DNA from: Gammaproteobacteria bacterium
GTDB taxonomy: Bacteria; Pseudomonadota; Gammaproteobacteria; Thiomicrospirales; Thiomicrospiraceae
NCBI GenBank assembly: GCA_014763665.1
Contig: JACXUY010000001.1
Coordinates: 2,598 to 66,597, forward strand
Reading direction: 5' to 3'
DNA length: 64,000 bases
Shown here piece after piece: positions 9,189 through 19,304 of this stretch. The translations under genes were made by a program, and so were the position numbers. Below the pieces are notes generated by a model. It was not told where the DNA came from and did no database searches. It was given only the letters and a program-made list of their open reading frames with translations. Position 1 is the first letter of the stretch. Each line of letters starts with the position of its first letter.

Positions 9189-11374
9189 CATTCAAAATAA
9201 AGTCGAGAGTCAACCTTGTCGCCAGCGGTGCTGCCGAAGGTGGTGAGTCCCTTAAAGATAAATGCTAAACGAATGATATCATCCTGCACTTGGTTAATAT
9301 AGAGATTATGTTCCCAAATCAATTGTGCTGCCCAACAACAGCTATCATATTGTACAGCGTTAACGGCACCGCGTAATTGCTGGCTGGTGTGGTTATAGTT
9401 GACAAAATGCATACTGCTCAGTAATCCGTTGTAGCGCAGTTTGCCACCTAAGGTAGTTTGTTCATCTTCTAGAGCCGTGCCTTTTTGACGTAAACGATGA
9501 CGCACAACAAGACGATTGTCATTATCTGCTAAATATTGCAAGCTGGTATCTTCTTGCACCAGTTTTTTGCTGTCTCTGTCTAATTGTTGCGTTAAGCTGG
9601 CGCGCCAGCGATTTTGTACCAAAGAAGCGGTGGCAATAATGTCCGAAAACTCATTGGTTTCACGGGGCTGGTCGGCCAGTTGTACTTGTCTGTTTTGAAA
9701 ATAAGTAATTTGGCCGACGCCGAGTTCTAAAAACTCCTTGCCACTTTCATGAAACAGTCGGCTAAACAGTCCGCTGGTAATTTGATTGGTGTCGCCGATA
9801 CGGTCTAACCCCGTAAAACGGTTGTCGGCATAGAGTTGCAAATAATCGAAATTACGCAACATGGTATCAAACACTGGAAATTGAGATTGGTCTTGTGTAC
9901 CAACGTAAAGATATTTCATGCGTGGTTCAAGTGTGTGCACGTAACCTTTATTGAATAAGCTAATTGGTTTTTCAAACACCGTACCTGCATCTAAGCTGGC
10001 TAAAGGTAGTGTGCGGTTAAGTTGGTTGTTGGTATTGTCACTTAAATCATACTGTGTCATCAGCAATTGTGTTTTACCCCGTAAAAAACCATAGGGTTTC
10101 CATAGGTCAAACCCCAGTGTAGGGGCTAGGTGAATACGATTGCCCGTGGCAATGGGCGTGCGCGCTTGAGGGGCTAAGAAGTGACTAAATTCGCTGCTCA
10201 TACGGGCATAGTAGGGCGAATTGCTTGGCTCAAATTTCCATTGGTGTTGCAAGCTAGGAAGGGCGCTGTAGTAAGGTTGACCATAAAGCATTTGCTTAAA
10301 GTCCAGTAGTTGGGCGCTGAGTTGTTGGTTTTCCCAACTTTTGCTCAAGTTGAGATGGCGAGCTAGATAGAGCATATTGCGTAGGTAAAAATCGGTTAGC
10401 TGCGTTTCTCGATAAAAAGAAGGATCGGAAACATCGTGCCATGACCCATTCAGTTGCCATGCTTGTGCTAGTGTCTGGTTGAAATTCCACCAAATGCGAT
10501 ATCGGTCTTGACGAGTCGTTTCGTCGCGCAAAAAAGTGGTGGTTAAATCGCCGCGCTGGCTATTAAACCAATAACGAAACTCGTTATCAATCGCTTGCCC
10601 TCGGTCGGCTACCTGAATAAGGGTAAGGGTGTCGTCCATGTTGGGGGCAATATTAAAATAATAAGGGATTTTGACGATGGATTTGCTGCTGCTGACACCC
10701 GCTGTTTCGTTGTGGTAGGTGGTAATGGTTGGCATGAGAAACCCTGACGCCCTATCTGCTGTACTAAATTGAAACTTAGGGAAGTAAAATACGGGCACAT
10801 CATGAAAGCGTAATACCGCATGGTCACCCGTTGCCAGTTTGGCCTTGTCATCAACAACGAGCTTATCAAAGGACATCCACCAAGACTCTTCACCTATCGG
10901 ACAGCCAGTGTAGCGCAGTTTATGAAAGGCAACTTGTTCATTGTTTTGCGTCACCATCGCACTGTCGGCGGTTCCCCATGCCTTGTTTTCAAGCAGTTGA
11001 TAGTTGAGTTGTTCTAACTGGGTGGTGTGGGACTTTTCGTCATGCTCGGCACTTTCTGCTGTGGCTAGGTATTGCTTGTTTTGGATGCGTACATGACCAA
11101 AGGCATAGGCTTTATCACTTTCTTGATAGTAATGAATAAGGTCGGCGTTGAGCTTTTTATCAGACAAGGTGACGCTGGCATCGCCAGATAGGGTAAATAA
11201 ATCGCTGTTGGGGTGGTTTAGCTTCTCACCAACCAGTTCCTTTTGTCCGGCAGACAGTTGCCAACTATCGGGCGCAAATAGCCACGAATAGCGACAGACA
11301 TTCTCAGCGTAAGCTGCAGAGAAGCAGGCACTCGTTAACAGTAAGCTAGCGATTAGACGAGAAAAGGACAACAT
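9188..11374 (-). CDS. lptD: LPS-assembly outer membrane protein LptD
   Basis: Large beta-barrel-type protein upstream of surA. I prefer start ATG 11374, which gives the signal peptide MLSFSRLIASLLLTSACFSAAYA. The ORF-track start 11443 would overlap the divergent amgK start. Confidence 0.9.
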   Translation of the reverse strand: MLSFSRLIASLLLTSACFSAAYAENVCRYSWLFAPDSWQLSAGQKELVGEKLNHPNSDLFTLSGDASVTLSDKKLNADLIHYYQESDKAYAFGHVRIQNKQYLATAESAEHDEKSHTTQLEQLNYQLLENKAWGTADSAMVTQNNEQVAFHKLRYTGCPIGEESWWMSFDKLVVDDKAKLATGDHAVLRFHDVPVFYFPKFQFSTADRASGFLMPTITTYHNETAGVSSSKSIVKIPYYFNIAPNMDDTLTLIQVADRGQAIDNEFRYWFNSQRGDLTTTFLRDETTRQDRYRIWWNFNQTLAQAWQLNGSWHDVSDPSFYRETQLTDFYLRNMLYLARHLNLSKSWENQQLSAQLLDFKQMLYGQPYYSALPSLQHQWKFEPSNSPYYARMSSEFSHFLAPQARTPIATGNRIHLAPTLGFDLWKPYGFLRGKTQLLMTQYDLSDNTNNQLNRTLPLASLDAGTVFEKPISLFNKGYVHTLEPRMKYLYVGTQDQSQFPVFDTMLRNFDYLQLYADNRFTGLDRIGDTNQITSGLFSRLFHESGKEFLELGVGQITYFQNRQVQLADQPRETNEFSDIIATASLVQNRWRASLTQQLDRDSKKLVQEDTSLQYLADNDNRLVVRHRLRQKGTALEDEQTTLGGKLRYNGLLSSMHFVNYNHTSQQLRGAVNAVQYDSCCWAAQLIWEHNLYINQVQDDIIRLAFIFKGLTTFGSTAGDKVDSRLYFE

Positions 11375-11437
11375 CAACTTGTCAATGGCGTGATAAAACG
11401 AGTATTTTATCAGGCAATGACGGCTTAGGGAGAAATT

Positions 11438-13122
<1,685 letters not shown>

Positions 13123-13133
13123 GACTTGAACGC

Positions 13134-13916
13134 ATGTTAATGCTTATTTCGCCTGCCAAAGCATTGGATATGGACTCACCAGCCCCTTTAACGGAAGCGA
13201 CTCAGTGTGACTTTTTAGATCAGTCGCAAGTGTTAATTGATGCCTTGCGTGAGTTGTCGGTTGAAGATGTCGCCAAACTGATGGATTTGTCCGCTAAATT
13301 AAGCGAGCTGAATGTGCAACGCTATCGCGATTTTCATTTTCCTTTTTCCGCCCATAACGCCAAGCAAGCGGTGTTTGCTTTTAATGGCGATGTTTATGAA
13401 GGCTTGTCTGCCAGTCAGTTAAATGCAGACCAGATTCATTGGTTACAAGACCATTTACGCATCTTGTCTGGCTTGTATGGGTTATTGCGTCCGCTGGACT
13501 ATATGCAACCTTATCGACTGGAAATGGGGACGAGTTTTGCCAATAGTCGGGGTAAAAACTTGTATGATTTTTGGGGCGATCGTTTAACACAAGCGGTGAA
13601 TGGCTTGTTGGCACAGCAAGCACAACCCGTATTGGTCAATTTGGCTTCGACTGAGTATTTTTCCGCTATTCAAGCCAAAGCCATTCAAGCACCGATTGTT
13701 ACGCCTGTTTTTCAAGATGAAAAAGCCGGCAAGTATAAAATCATCAGTTTTTATGCCAAAAAAGCGCGCGGATTAATGGTGCGTTACGCTGCCGAACGAG
13801 CGGTTGATGATGTGCAAGCGCTGAAAGGGTTTAACCTAGCGGGTTATGCTTATGCGCCCGAAGTCTCAACTGATACACAGTGGGTGTTTCGTCGTGGCGA
13901 AGGAGTGGTGGCGTGA
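13134..13916 (+). CDS. yaaA: Peroxide stress protein YaaA (UPF0246/DUF328)
   Basis: 260 aa. N-terminus MLMLISPAKALD and the motifs LYGLLRPLD and YRLEM are typical of YaaA. Confidence 0.88.
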   Translation: MLMLISPAKALDMDSPAPLTEATQCDFLDQSQVLIDALRELSVEDVAKLMDLSAKLSELNVQRYRDFHFPFSAHNAKQAVFAFNGDVYEGLSASQLNADQIHWLQDHLRILSGLYGLLRPLDYMQPYRLEMGTSFANSRGKNLYDFWGDRLTQAVNGLLAQQAQPVLVNLASTEYFSAIQAKAIQAPIVTPVFQDEKAGKYKIISFYAKKARGLMVRYAAERAVDDVQALKGFNLAGYAYAPEVSTDTQWVFRRGEGVVA

Positions 13917-14602
13917 GTGAAACTCCCAGCAAAAAGGTGAAAGAAAGCAAAACACCACGCACTTTTTTGTCGCCTGATATTGCCGATTATTGCGATGCCC
14001 ACTGTTCTGCCGAGTCTGCTGCGCTGAGGAACTTAGCGGCATTTACGGCCGAAAAACGAGCGGATTATCAAGTCAATTTGTCGGGGCGTAGTGTCGGGCA
14101 ACTGCTTAAATTATTGGTCGCCACCGCGCAAGCAAAACGTGTTTTAGATATTGGTACTTTTACCGGTTATTCTGCTTTGGCTATGGCCGAAGGCACACCA
14201 GATGATGGTCAGGTTGTGACGCTGGATGCCAATCCGCTCAGTCAAGCCTTCGCCGCACCCTTTTTAGCTCAGAGTCCACACGGTCACAAGGTCACTTGTA
14301 TCACTTGTTTTGCCCATGAGTGGTTAGCCGAGCAAAGCGACGCGAGTTTCGACTTTATTTTTTTGGATGCCGATAAACACCGTTATCCCGATTATTTAAC
14401 GAGCTGCTGGCGCTTGTTGCCAGCGGGTGGGCTGCTGGTGGCCGATAATGTCTTGTGGGGTGGTCACGTTACCAGTGAGCAGCCTTCTAGTCGTGCCGAA
14501 GCGGTAGATCGCTTTAATCAAGCAGCTTGCCAGCTAGTCGATGCGATTGCGGTATGTTTGCCGTTACGCGATGGGTTGATGCTATTGCGAAAGACATCAT
14601 AA
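13913..14602 (+). CDS. Class I SAM-dependent O-methyltransferase (caffeoyl-CoA O-methyltransferase-like family)
   Basis: Motifs VLDIGTFTGYSALAMAE, IFLDADKHRYPDY and GGLLVADNVLWGG. I prefer GTG 13913 (GTGA overlap with the yaaA stop) over the ORF-track start 13880. The start is uncertain. Confidence 0.8.
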   Translation: MSETPSKKVKESKTPRTFLSPDIADYCDAHCSAESAALRNLAAFTAEKRADYQVNLSGRSVGQLLKLLVATAQAKRVLDIGTFTGYSALAMAEGTPDDGQVVTLDANPLSQAFAAPFLAQSPHGHKVTCITCFAHEWLAEQSDASFDFIFLDADKHRYPDYLTSCWRLLPAGGLLVADNVLWGGHVTSEQPSSRAEAVDRFNQAACQLVDAIAVCLPLRDGLMLLRKTS

Positions 14603-14654
14603 TAACGGCTGCTTCCCTTTTCTTGTCATGCAATCTTCATAAAAATCCGTTAAG

Positions 14655-15992
14655 ATGATGGACATGGAAACTGAAATTTCATACTGGATTAGCTTAATCC
14701 AGATAATTCTCTTGTTGGCGATTAACGCCTTTTTTGTTGCTGCAGAATTTGCTTTGGTTAAAGCGAAACAGGTCCGGCTTAATCAGCTTGCCGATCAAAG
14801 CGCGACAGGCCGCCTGACTTACCAAATTCATCAAAATATCGAACCTTATCTGGCTGCCTGTCAGTTGGGTATTACTATGGCATCTCTGGGGTTGGGTTGG
14901 GTAGGTGAGCCTTTTGTCGCTGCGTTAGTTGAACCTTTGTTTGTGTTGATGGGGTTGCCAGCAGAAATCATGCATACGGTGGCATTTTTAATTGGCTTCA
15001 TCATTTTCTCGGCCTTGCACATTGTTATTGGTGAACAGGTGCCGAAAAACCTCGCCATTCGCGTGCCAGAATCCGTCGCTATGTGGGTGGCTTGGCCATT
15101 GCGTGGCTTCTTTGTCATGGTTTATCCCTTGTCGCGTTTATTGGATAAAACCTCAGCGCTGATTTTGAAAAGTATGGGTGTACGTCCAGCCAGTCACTTA
15201 GAAGTGTTCACCGATGAAGAGATTAAAGGCATTATTGACCAGTCTCGTGCCAGTGGTGAAATGGGACATCAAAAAGCCGACATGCTCACTAACCTGTTTG
15301 AAATGGAGCATCGTACTGCGCGCGAATTGATGACTCCGCGCAATGATATAGATGCGCTGGATATTGACCACCCCGCAGAAAGCCTGTTGGCGCTCATTTT
15401 AGATACACAACACTCGCGTTTCCCTGTAATTGAAGCCGGTTTTAATCAAGTACACGGTGTGGTTATCGTTAAGGACCTGTACCGTGCTTTGTTAGCTGGT
15501 GACCAGCAGCCGTGGGCGCATTTGAAAGACTTTTGCCGCCCCGTGCTCATGTTGCCCGATAGCTTGAACGCCACACAGTTATTCGAGCAAATGCGCGGTA
15601 ATCAATCGCATTTAGCGATGGTAGTCGATGAGTATGGTGAGATTGTTGGCTTAATTACCCTCGAAGATGTACTGGAAGAATTGGTAGGTGATATTGGCGA
15701 TGAGCTGGATGAGCGTTTGGCTGAATATCCGATTGAACCCACAGAGCAGGGTTGGAAAGCCCATGGTTTGTCGGATTTGGATGAAGTACGTAAGCTTACC
15801 GGCTTAGTGATCGAAGCCGAATTGCAAGTACATACCTTATCTGGTCTATTTATGGAGCGCTTGGGAAGAATGCCTGAGGTGGGTGATGTGTTGCATGAGG
15901 GATCATTGAAGTTGACGGTGATGGCGATGAAAGATCGTCGCGTTGAGTCAGTAGCCATTGTAACTGTTGATGATGATATGACCAATGTCTGA
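14655..15992 (+). CDS. CNNM/CorB-type hemolysin-family protein (DUF21 TM domain, CBS pair, CorC_HlyC domain), probable divalent cation transporter
   Basis: 445 aa with AEFALVKA, GEQVPKNLAIR, ELMTPRNDI, SRFPV and VVDEYGEIVGLITLEDVLEELVGDI motifs. Confidence 0.88.
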   Translation: MMDMETEISYWISLIQIILLLAINAFFVAAEFALVKAKQVRLNQLADQSATGRLTYQIHQNIEPYLAACQLGITMASLGLGWVGEPFVAALVEPLFVLMGLPAEIMHTVAFLIGFIIFSALHIVIGEQVPKNLAIRVPESVAMWVAWPLRGFFVMVYPLSRLLDKTSALILKSMGVRPASHLEVFTDEEIKGIIDQSRASGEMGHQKADMLTNLFEMEHRTARELMTPRNDIDALDIDHPAESLLALILDTQHSRFPVIEAGFNQVHGVVIVKDLYRALLAGDQQPWAHLKDFCRPVLMLPDSLNATQLFEQMRGNQSHLAMVVDEYGEIVGLITLEDVLEELVGDIGDELDERLAEYPIEPTEQGWKAHGLSDLDEVRKLTGLVIEAELQVHTLSGLFMERLGRMPEVGDVLHEGSLKLTVMAMKDRRVESVAIVTVDDDMTNV

Positions 15993-17346
15993 ACGGTCTG
16001 ATGCCATTCGCGAGCGTGATGAGCCCTTGTTGGCTCAAGTATACCCTTTGTTGGAAGAAGGGCATTATGATGTTCTAGCCGATTTGTTACAGGCAGAGCA
16101 CGAAACTGATTTGGCTGTTTTGCTTGAATCTTTACCTGTGCATCAACGTTTAAAAGTTTGGGAGCTGATTCCAAATTCAGAGCAGGGTAATGTGCTCTTG
16201 CACTTGCATGATGAGGTGAGAGCGTCACTCATTGCCCTCATGCCACATCAAGAGTTGGTCGATGCGCTAGAGCCCTTAGATGCGGACGATATCGCTTACG
16301 TTCTGGAAGATGTTCCTGAAGCTAAATCAGATGCCATCTTAGAACAATTAGATCATGAAACCCGTGCTGATGTTGAAGAGTCACTCAGTTATCCCGAAGG
16401 CACAGCGGGGCGTTTAATGCGTTTCGATGCGATTGAAGTGCGTGCCGATGTCGATATTTACACTGTTTTGCGCTACCTGCGTCGTCATAAAGTCCTTCCC
16501 GATCAGACCGATGGCTTAATGGTCGTGGACGAAAATGGCTACTACTTAGGTAAGCTAAATCTTTCAACTTTAGTGACGCAGCCGGGTAGTGCGCGCGTAG
16601 AATCGGTAATGGATGCCAGCGAGCAAGCCATATCTGCTTACATGGAAGAGGATGAGGTCGCTCATTTATTTGACCGTCGCGATTTGGTTTCCGTAGCGGT
16701 GGTAGATGCGTCAGGTAAGTTTATTGGGCGTGTTACGGTTGACGATGTGTTAGACGTCATTCGTGGTCAATCTGAGCGTGCTTTAATGGTTATGGCCGGT
16801 TTGGATGAAGAGGCAGATATTTTCGCACCTGTGTTCACCAGTGCCAAACGTCGTGCTTTGTGGTTAGGGATTAATCTTTGTACGGCTTCCTTAGCCGCTT
16901 GGGTGATTGGACAGTTTGAGGCGAGTATTGCTCAGTTGGTGGCGCTTGCTGTCCTAATGCCTATTGTGGCGAGTATGGGCGGTGTTGCTGGTAGTCAAAC
17001 TCTGACGCTAACGGTGCGTGGTTTGGCACTAGGGCAGGTCAGTCTATCGAATATGCGTTGGCTACTGCGCCGTGAATTGGGTGTTGGCTTGCTCAACAGT
17101 TTGCTTTGGGCAAGCATGATGGGCTTAGTCGCTTGGTTGATCTTTGAGCCCGGTGTCGGTGCTGTCATTGCTGCCGCACTCACCATTAACATGACCCTTG
17201 CTGTGGGTGCTGGGGTGTTCATTCCCATTGTGCTCGACCGTTTGGGTATTGACCCCGCCTTGTCTGCCAGTATGATTCTAATGACCATTACCGATGTGAT
17301 GGGCTTCTTGACTTTCTTAGGGTTGGCAACAATTTTCTTGCTCTAG
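15985..17346 (+). CDS. mgtE: Magnesium transporter MgtE
   Basis: 453 aa. MgtE N-domain, a CBS pair (VVDENGYYLGKL, VVDASGKFIGRVTVDDVLDVI) and a C-terminal 5-TM MgtE domain (GVAGSQTLT...ITDVMGF). Overlaps the upstream gene by 8 nt. Confidence 0.93.
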   Translation: MSERSDAIRERDEPLLAQVYPLLEEGHYDVLADLLQAEHETDLAVLLESLPVHQRLKVWELIPNSEQGNVLLHLHDEVRASLIALMPHQELVDALEPLDADDIAYVLEDVPEAKSDAILEQLDHETRADVEESLSYPEGTAGRLMRFDAIEVRADVDIYTVLRYLRRHKVLPDQTDGLMVVDENGYYLGKLNLSTLVTQPGSARVESVMDASEQAISAYMEEDEVAHLFDRRDLVSVAVVDASGKFIGRVTVDDVLDVIRGQSERALMVMAGLDEEADIFAPVFTSAKRRALWLGINLCTASLAAWVIGQFEASIAQLVALAVLMPIVASMGGVAGSQTLTLTVRGLALGQVSLSNMRWLLRRELGVGLLNSLLWASMMGLVAWLIFEPGVGAVIAAALTINMTLAVGAGVFIPIVLDRLGIDPALSASMILMTITDVMGFLTFLGLATIFLL

Positions 17347-17385
17347 TAGCCGTTTTGATGAAGCCCTCTTCGCAGCATCAATAAG

Positions 17386-17415
17386 AAAGCCCCGCTCTGA
17401 GAGTGGGGCTTTTTA
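17386..17415. terminator. Bidirectional rho-independent terminator between convergent mgtE and infA
   Basis: AAAGCCCCGCTC-TGA-GAGTGGGGCTTTTT: a GC-rich stem flanked by an A-run and a T-run. Confidence 0.8.
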
Positions 17416-17446
17416 CTGCAACAAGGTCATACCCTAACTAGGCTTA

Positions 17447-17665
17447 TTATTTCACGCGGAAAGTAATGCGTCCCTTAGTCAAGTCGTAGGGTGTTAGTTC
17501 TACTTTAACCTTATCGCCCGCTAAAATACGGATATAATTTTTGCGCATCTTTCCAGAGATATGCGCTAGTACCGAATGACCATTTTCTAAGGTAACACGA
17601 AACATGGTGTTTGGTAGTACTTCGCTGACTGTGCCTTCAAATTCGATGACGTCTTCTTTGCTCAT
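17447..17665 (-). CDS. infA: Translation initiation factor IF-1
   Basis: 72 aa: [70 protein letters not shown]. Confidence 0.97.
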   Translation of the reverse strand: MSKEDVIEFEGTVSEVLPNTMFRVTLENGHSVLAHISGKMRKNYIRILAGDKVKVELTPYDLTKGRITFRVK

Positions 17666-17838
17666 TTGCCCAAAGCCGATAGATATAATAAGCAGATAAT
17701 TATAGACAATAATGAATTGCTTTGCACGGTATTTTATCGGTTTTGTAAAAAGTTTAATGTTGTTATGCTTCCCTCTTGTGATGTCGTTGCGTCACTGGCA
17801 TACTGTTGTTGAGTCGGGCAAATAGATAGGGAGGTATT

Positions 17839-18315
17839 ATGTTAGTAAAACAGGGGTTAATGCTTGTCGTGATGACAACCTGTCTTGTTGTTGCTGGCTG
17901 TTCACCTTCGGCACCTTCGGGTACGATTTATAAGTCGAATGAGGCGCTTAAGCCTCAAGAGGTACGACTGGCCAAGTTGCTTTCTGTACGTCCGGTGCAA
18001 ATCGAAACGTCTTCTAACACCAATATGGGAGCGGTTGCCGGTGGTGCCATTGGCGGCGTTGCTGGCTCTCAGATGGGTTCTGGGCGTGGCACAGAAGCTG
18101 TTTTGGGTAGCTTGATTGGTGCGACAGTTGGTGCGATAGCCGGATCGGCTGCACAAAAGGCAACGAACAAAGAAAATGCAGCTGAACTAACGGTACAAAT
18201 GGATGACAATGGACAAATAATGTCGATTGTGCAGGCTGGAGATGAAACCTTTACGGCTGGGCAAGCGGTGAGAGTATTGATTCAGTCGGGTAAATATCGT
18301 GTTGCCCCTTATTAA
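17839..18315 (+). CDS. Outer-membrane lipoprotein with glycine-zipper domain (SlyB / 17-kDa antigen-like)
   Basis: 158 aa. Lipobox LVVAGCS. Glycine zipper GAVAGGAIGGVAGSQMGSGRG...GSLIGATVGAIAGSA. Confidence 0.8.
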   Translation: MLVKQGLMLVVMTTCLVVAGCSPSAPSGTIYKSNEALKPQEVRLAKLLSVRPVQIETSSNTNMGAVAGGAIGGVAGSQMGSGRGTEAVLGSLIGATVGAIAGSAAQKATNKENAAELTVQMDDNGQIMSIVQAGDETFTAGQAVRVLIQSGKYRVAPY

Positions 18316-18341
18316 CATGGATTAGGTAATTAGAGAGCGTT

Positions 18342-18662
18342 ATGCAAATTCAGAAAGAGTGTGATGATACGGCGTTACTGCAACAATTAGATGCGGTGTT
18401 GGCAGAAGTCGGAGGGGCATTAGCGCCTTTCGACCCTTATTTACATTGGTCTTTGAATCAACGTTGCTGCTTCTTTGAAGAGGCGGATGCTAAGCTTGTT
18501 CGGGAATATGCGGGCGGAGTGGCCATTATTCGCGTCGAAAAGATGTTTTATGTCGCCAGACGCTTTTTGCGCACAGGTGGCTGGTTTTGGTCTGCTGTTG
18601 CTTTGCTGGACGCTCAAGCCAACAATCACATGCTGATGAGTATGATGGAAGGGACTACTTAA
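18342..18662 (+). CDS. Hypothetical protein
   Basis: 106 aa ORF, 26 nt after the lipoprotein gene and followed by a good terminator. No motif I recognise. Confidence 0.5.
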   Translation: MQIQKECDDTALLQQLDAVLAEVGGALAPFDPYLHWSLNQRCCFFEEADAKLVREYAGGVAIIRVEKMFYVARRFLRTGGWFWSAVALLDAQANNHMLMSMMEGTT

Positions 18663-18683
18663 TCATACGAAGGTAATGTATCT

Positions 18684-18714
18684 GAAGCTGGAGCAATCCA
18701 GCTTCATTGTTTTT
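18684..18714 (+). terminator. Rho-independent terminator
   Basis: GAAGCTGGA-GCAA-TCCAGCTTC followed by ATTGTTTTT. Confidence 0.8.
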
Positions 18715-18720
18715 AACGGC

Positions 18721-19083
18721 TTAGATAACGCGATTAATGGTCGCGAGTAGCTTTTCTGGGCTGAAAGGTTTGACGATCCAACCTGTTGCACCTGCTGCTT
18801 TACCTTTGCCTTTCATGTCATCTGAGGATTCAGTGGTTAGGCAGATAATCGGTGTCATACGGTAATTACCCAGAGCGCGTAGCTTTGTGGTGAGTTCGAT
18901 GCCATTCATATTTGGCATGTTAATGTCAGTCAAGACCAAATCAAACTGAGCTGCATTGGCTTTGTTTAAGGCATCGACGCCATCTTCAGCTTCAACCACA
19001 TCAAATCCAGCGCTTTTTAAGGTCATCGCAACCATTTGGCGCATAGATTTTGAATCGTCAACCGCTAAAATTTTCTTAGCCAT
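18721..19083 (-). CDS. cheY: Chemotaxis response regulator CheY
   Basis: 120 aa single receiver domain with DD at 9-10, phospho-acceptor LTDINMP, TTES and VKPF. Confidence 0.92.
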   Translation of the reverse strand: MAKKILAVDDSKSMRQMVAMTLKSAGFDVVEAEDGVDALNKANAAQFDLVLTDINMPNMNGIELTTKLRALGNYRMTPIICLTTESSDDMKGKGKAAGATGWIVKPFSPEKLLATINRVI

Positions 19084-19297
19084 TACTTACTCCTAAAAAT
19101 GATAATTCGTTTTGCAGTGCTTCTGATAAATCGGTGAATGCTATTTTTTGTTGTTCCAGTAGGCCGATAATGACCTGTGCGCCAGCAGTATCAATTTTTG
19201 TGATTGTTTGTACACTGGCTTTCAGGTTATCTGTTTGTAGCCAGCTGTCAAAAGCGGTTTGATCAGTCATGATGCTTTTGTACGTGAGTTCTTCCAT
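19076..19297 (-). CDS. Small STAS-domain-like protein (anti-sigma-factor-antagonist fold) inside the che cluster
   Basis: 73 aa. The ...ITKIDTAGAQVIIGLLEQ... segment resembles the STAS core. Overlaps the cheY start by 8 nt and lies 7 nt after cheW. The family call is tentative because the protein is short. Confidence 0.6.
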   Translation of the reverse strand: MEELTYKSIMTDQTAFDSWLQTDNLKASVQTITKIDTAGAQVIIGLLEQQKIAFTDLSEALQNELSFLGVSNG

Positions 19298-19304
19298 GGC
19301 TGAG

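Noticed and set aside
14603-14654. Possible M-box (Mg2+) riboswitch ahead of the CNNM-mgtE pair
   Set aside because: The spacer is only 52 nt and has no extended structure. An M-box needs well over 100 nt.
15602-16228. 208-aa minus-strand ORF spanning the boundary between the CNNM gene and mgtE
   Set aside because: It is entirely antisense to two well-supported genes. The translation is low-complexity and Ser/Thr/Pro-rich, with no motif. This is typical of a shadow ORF.
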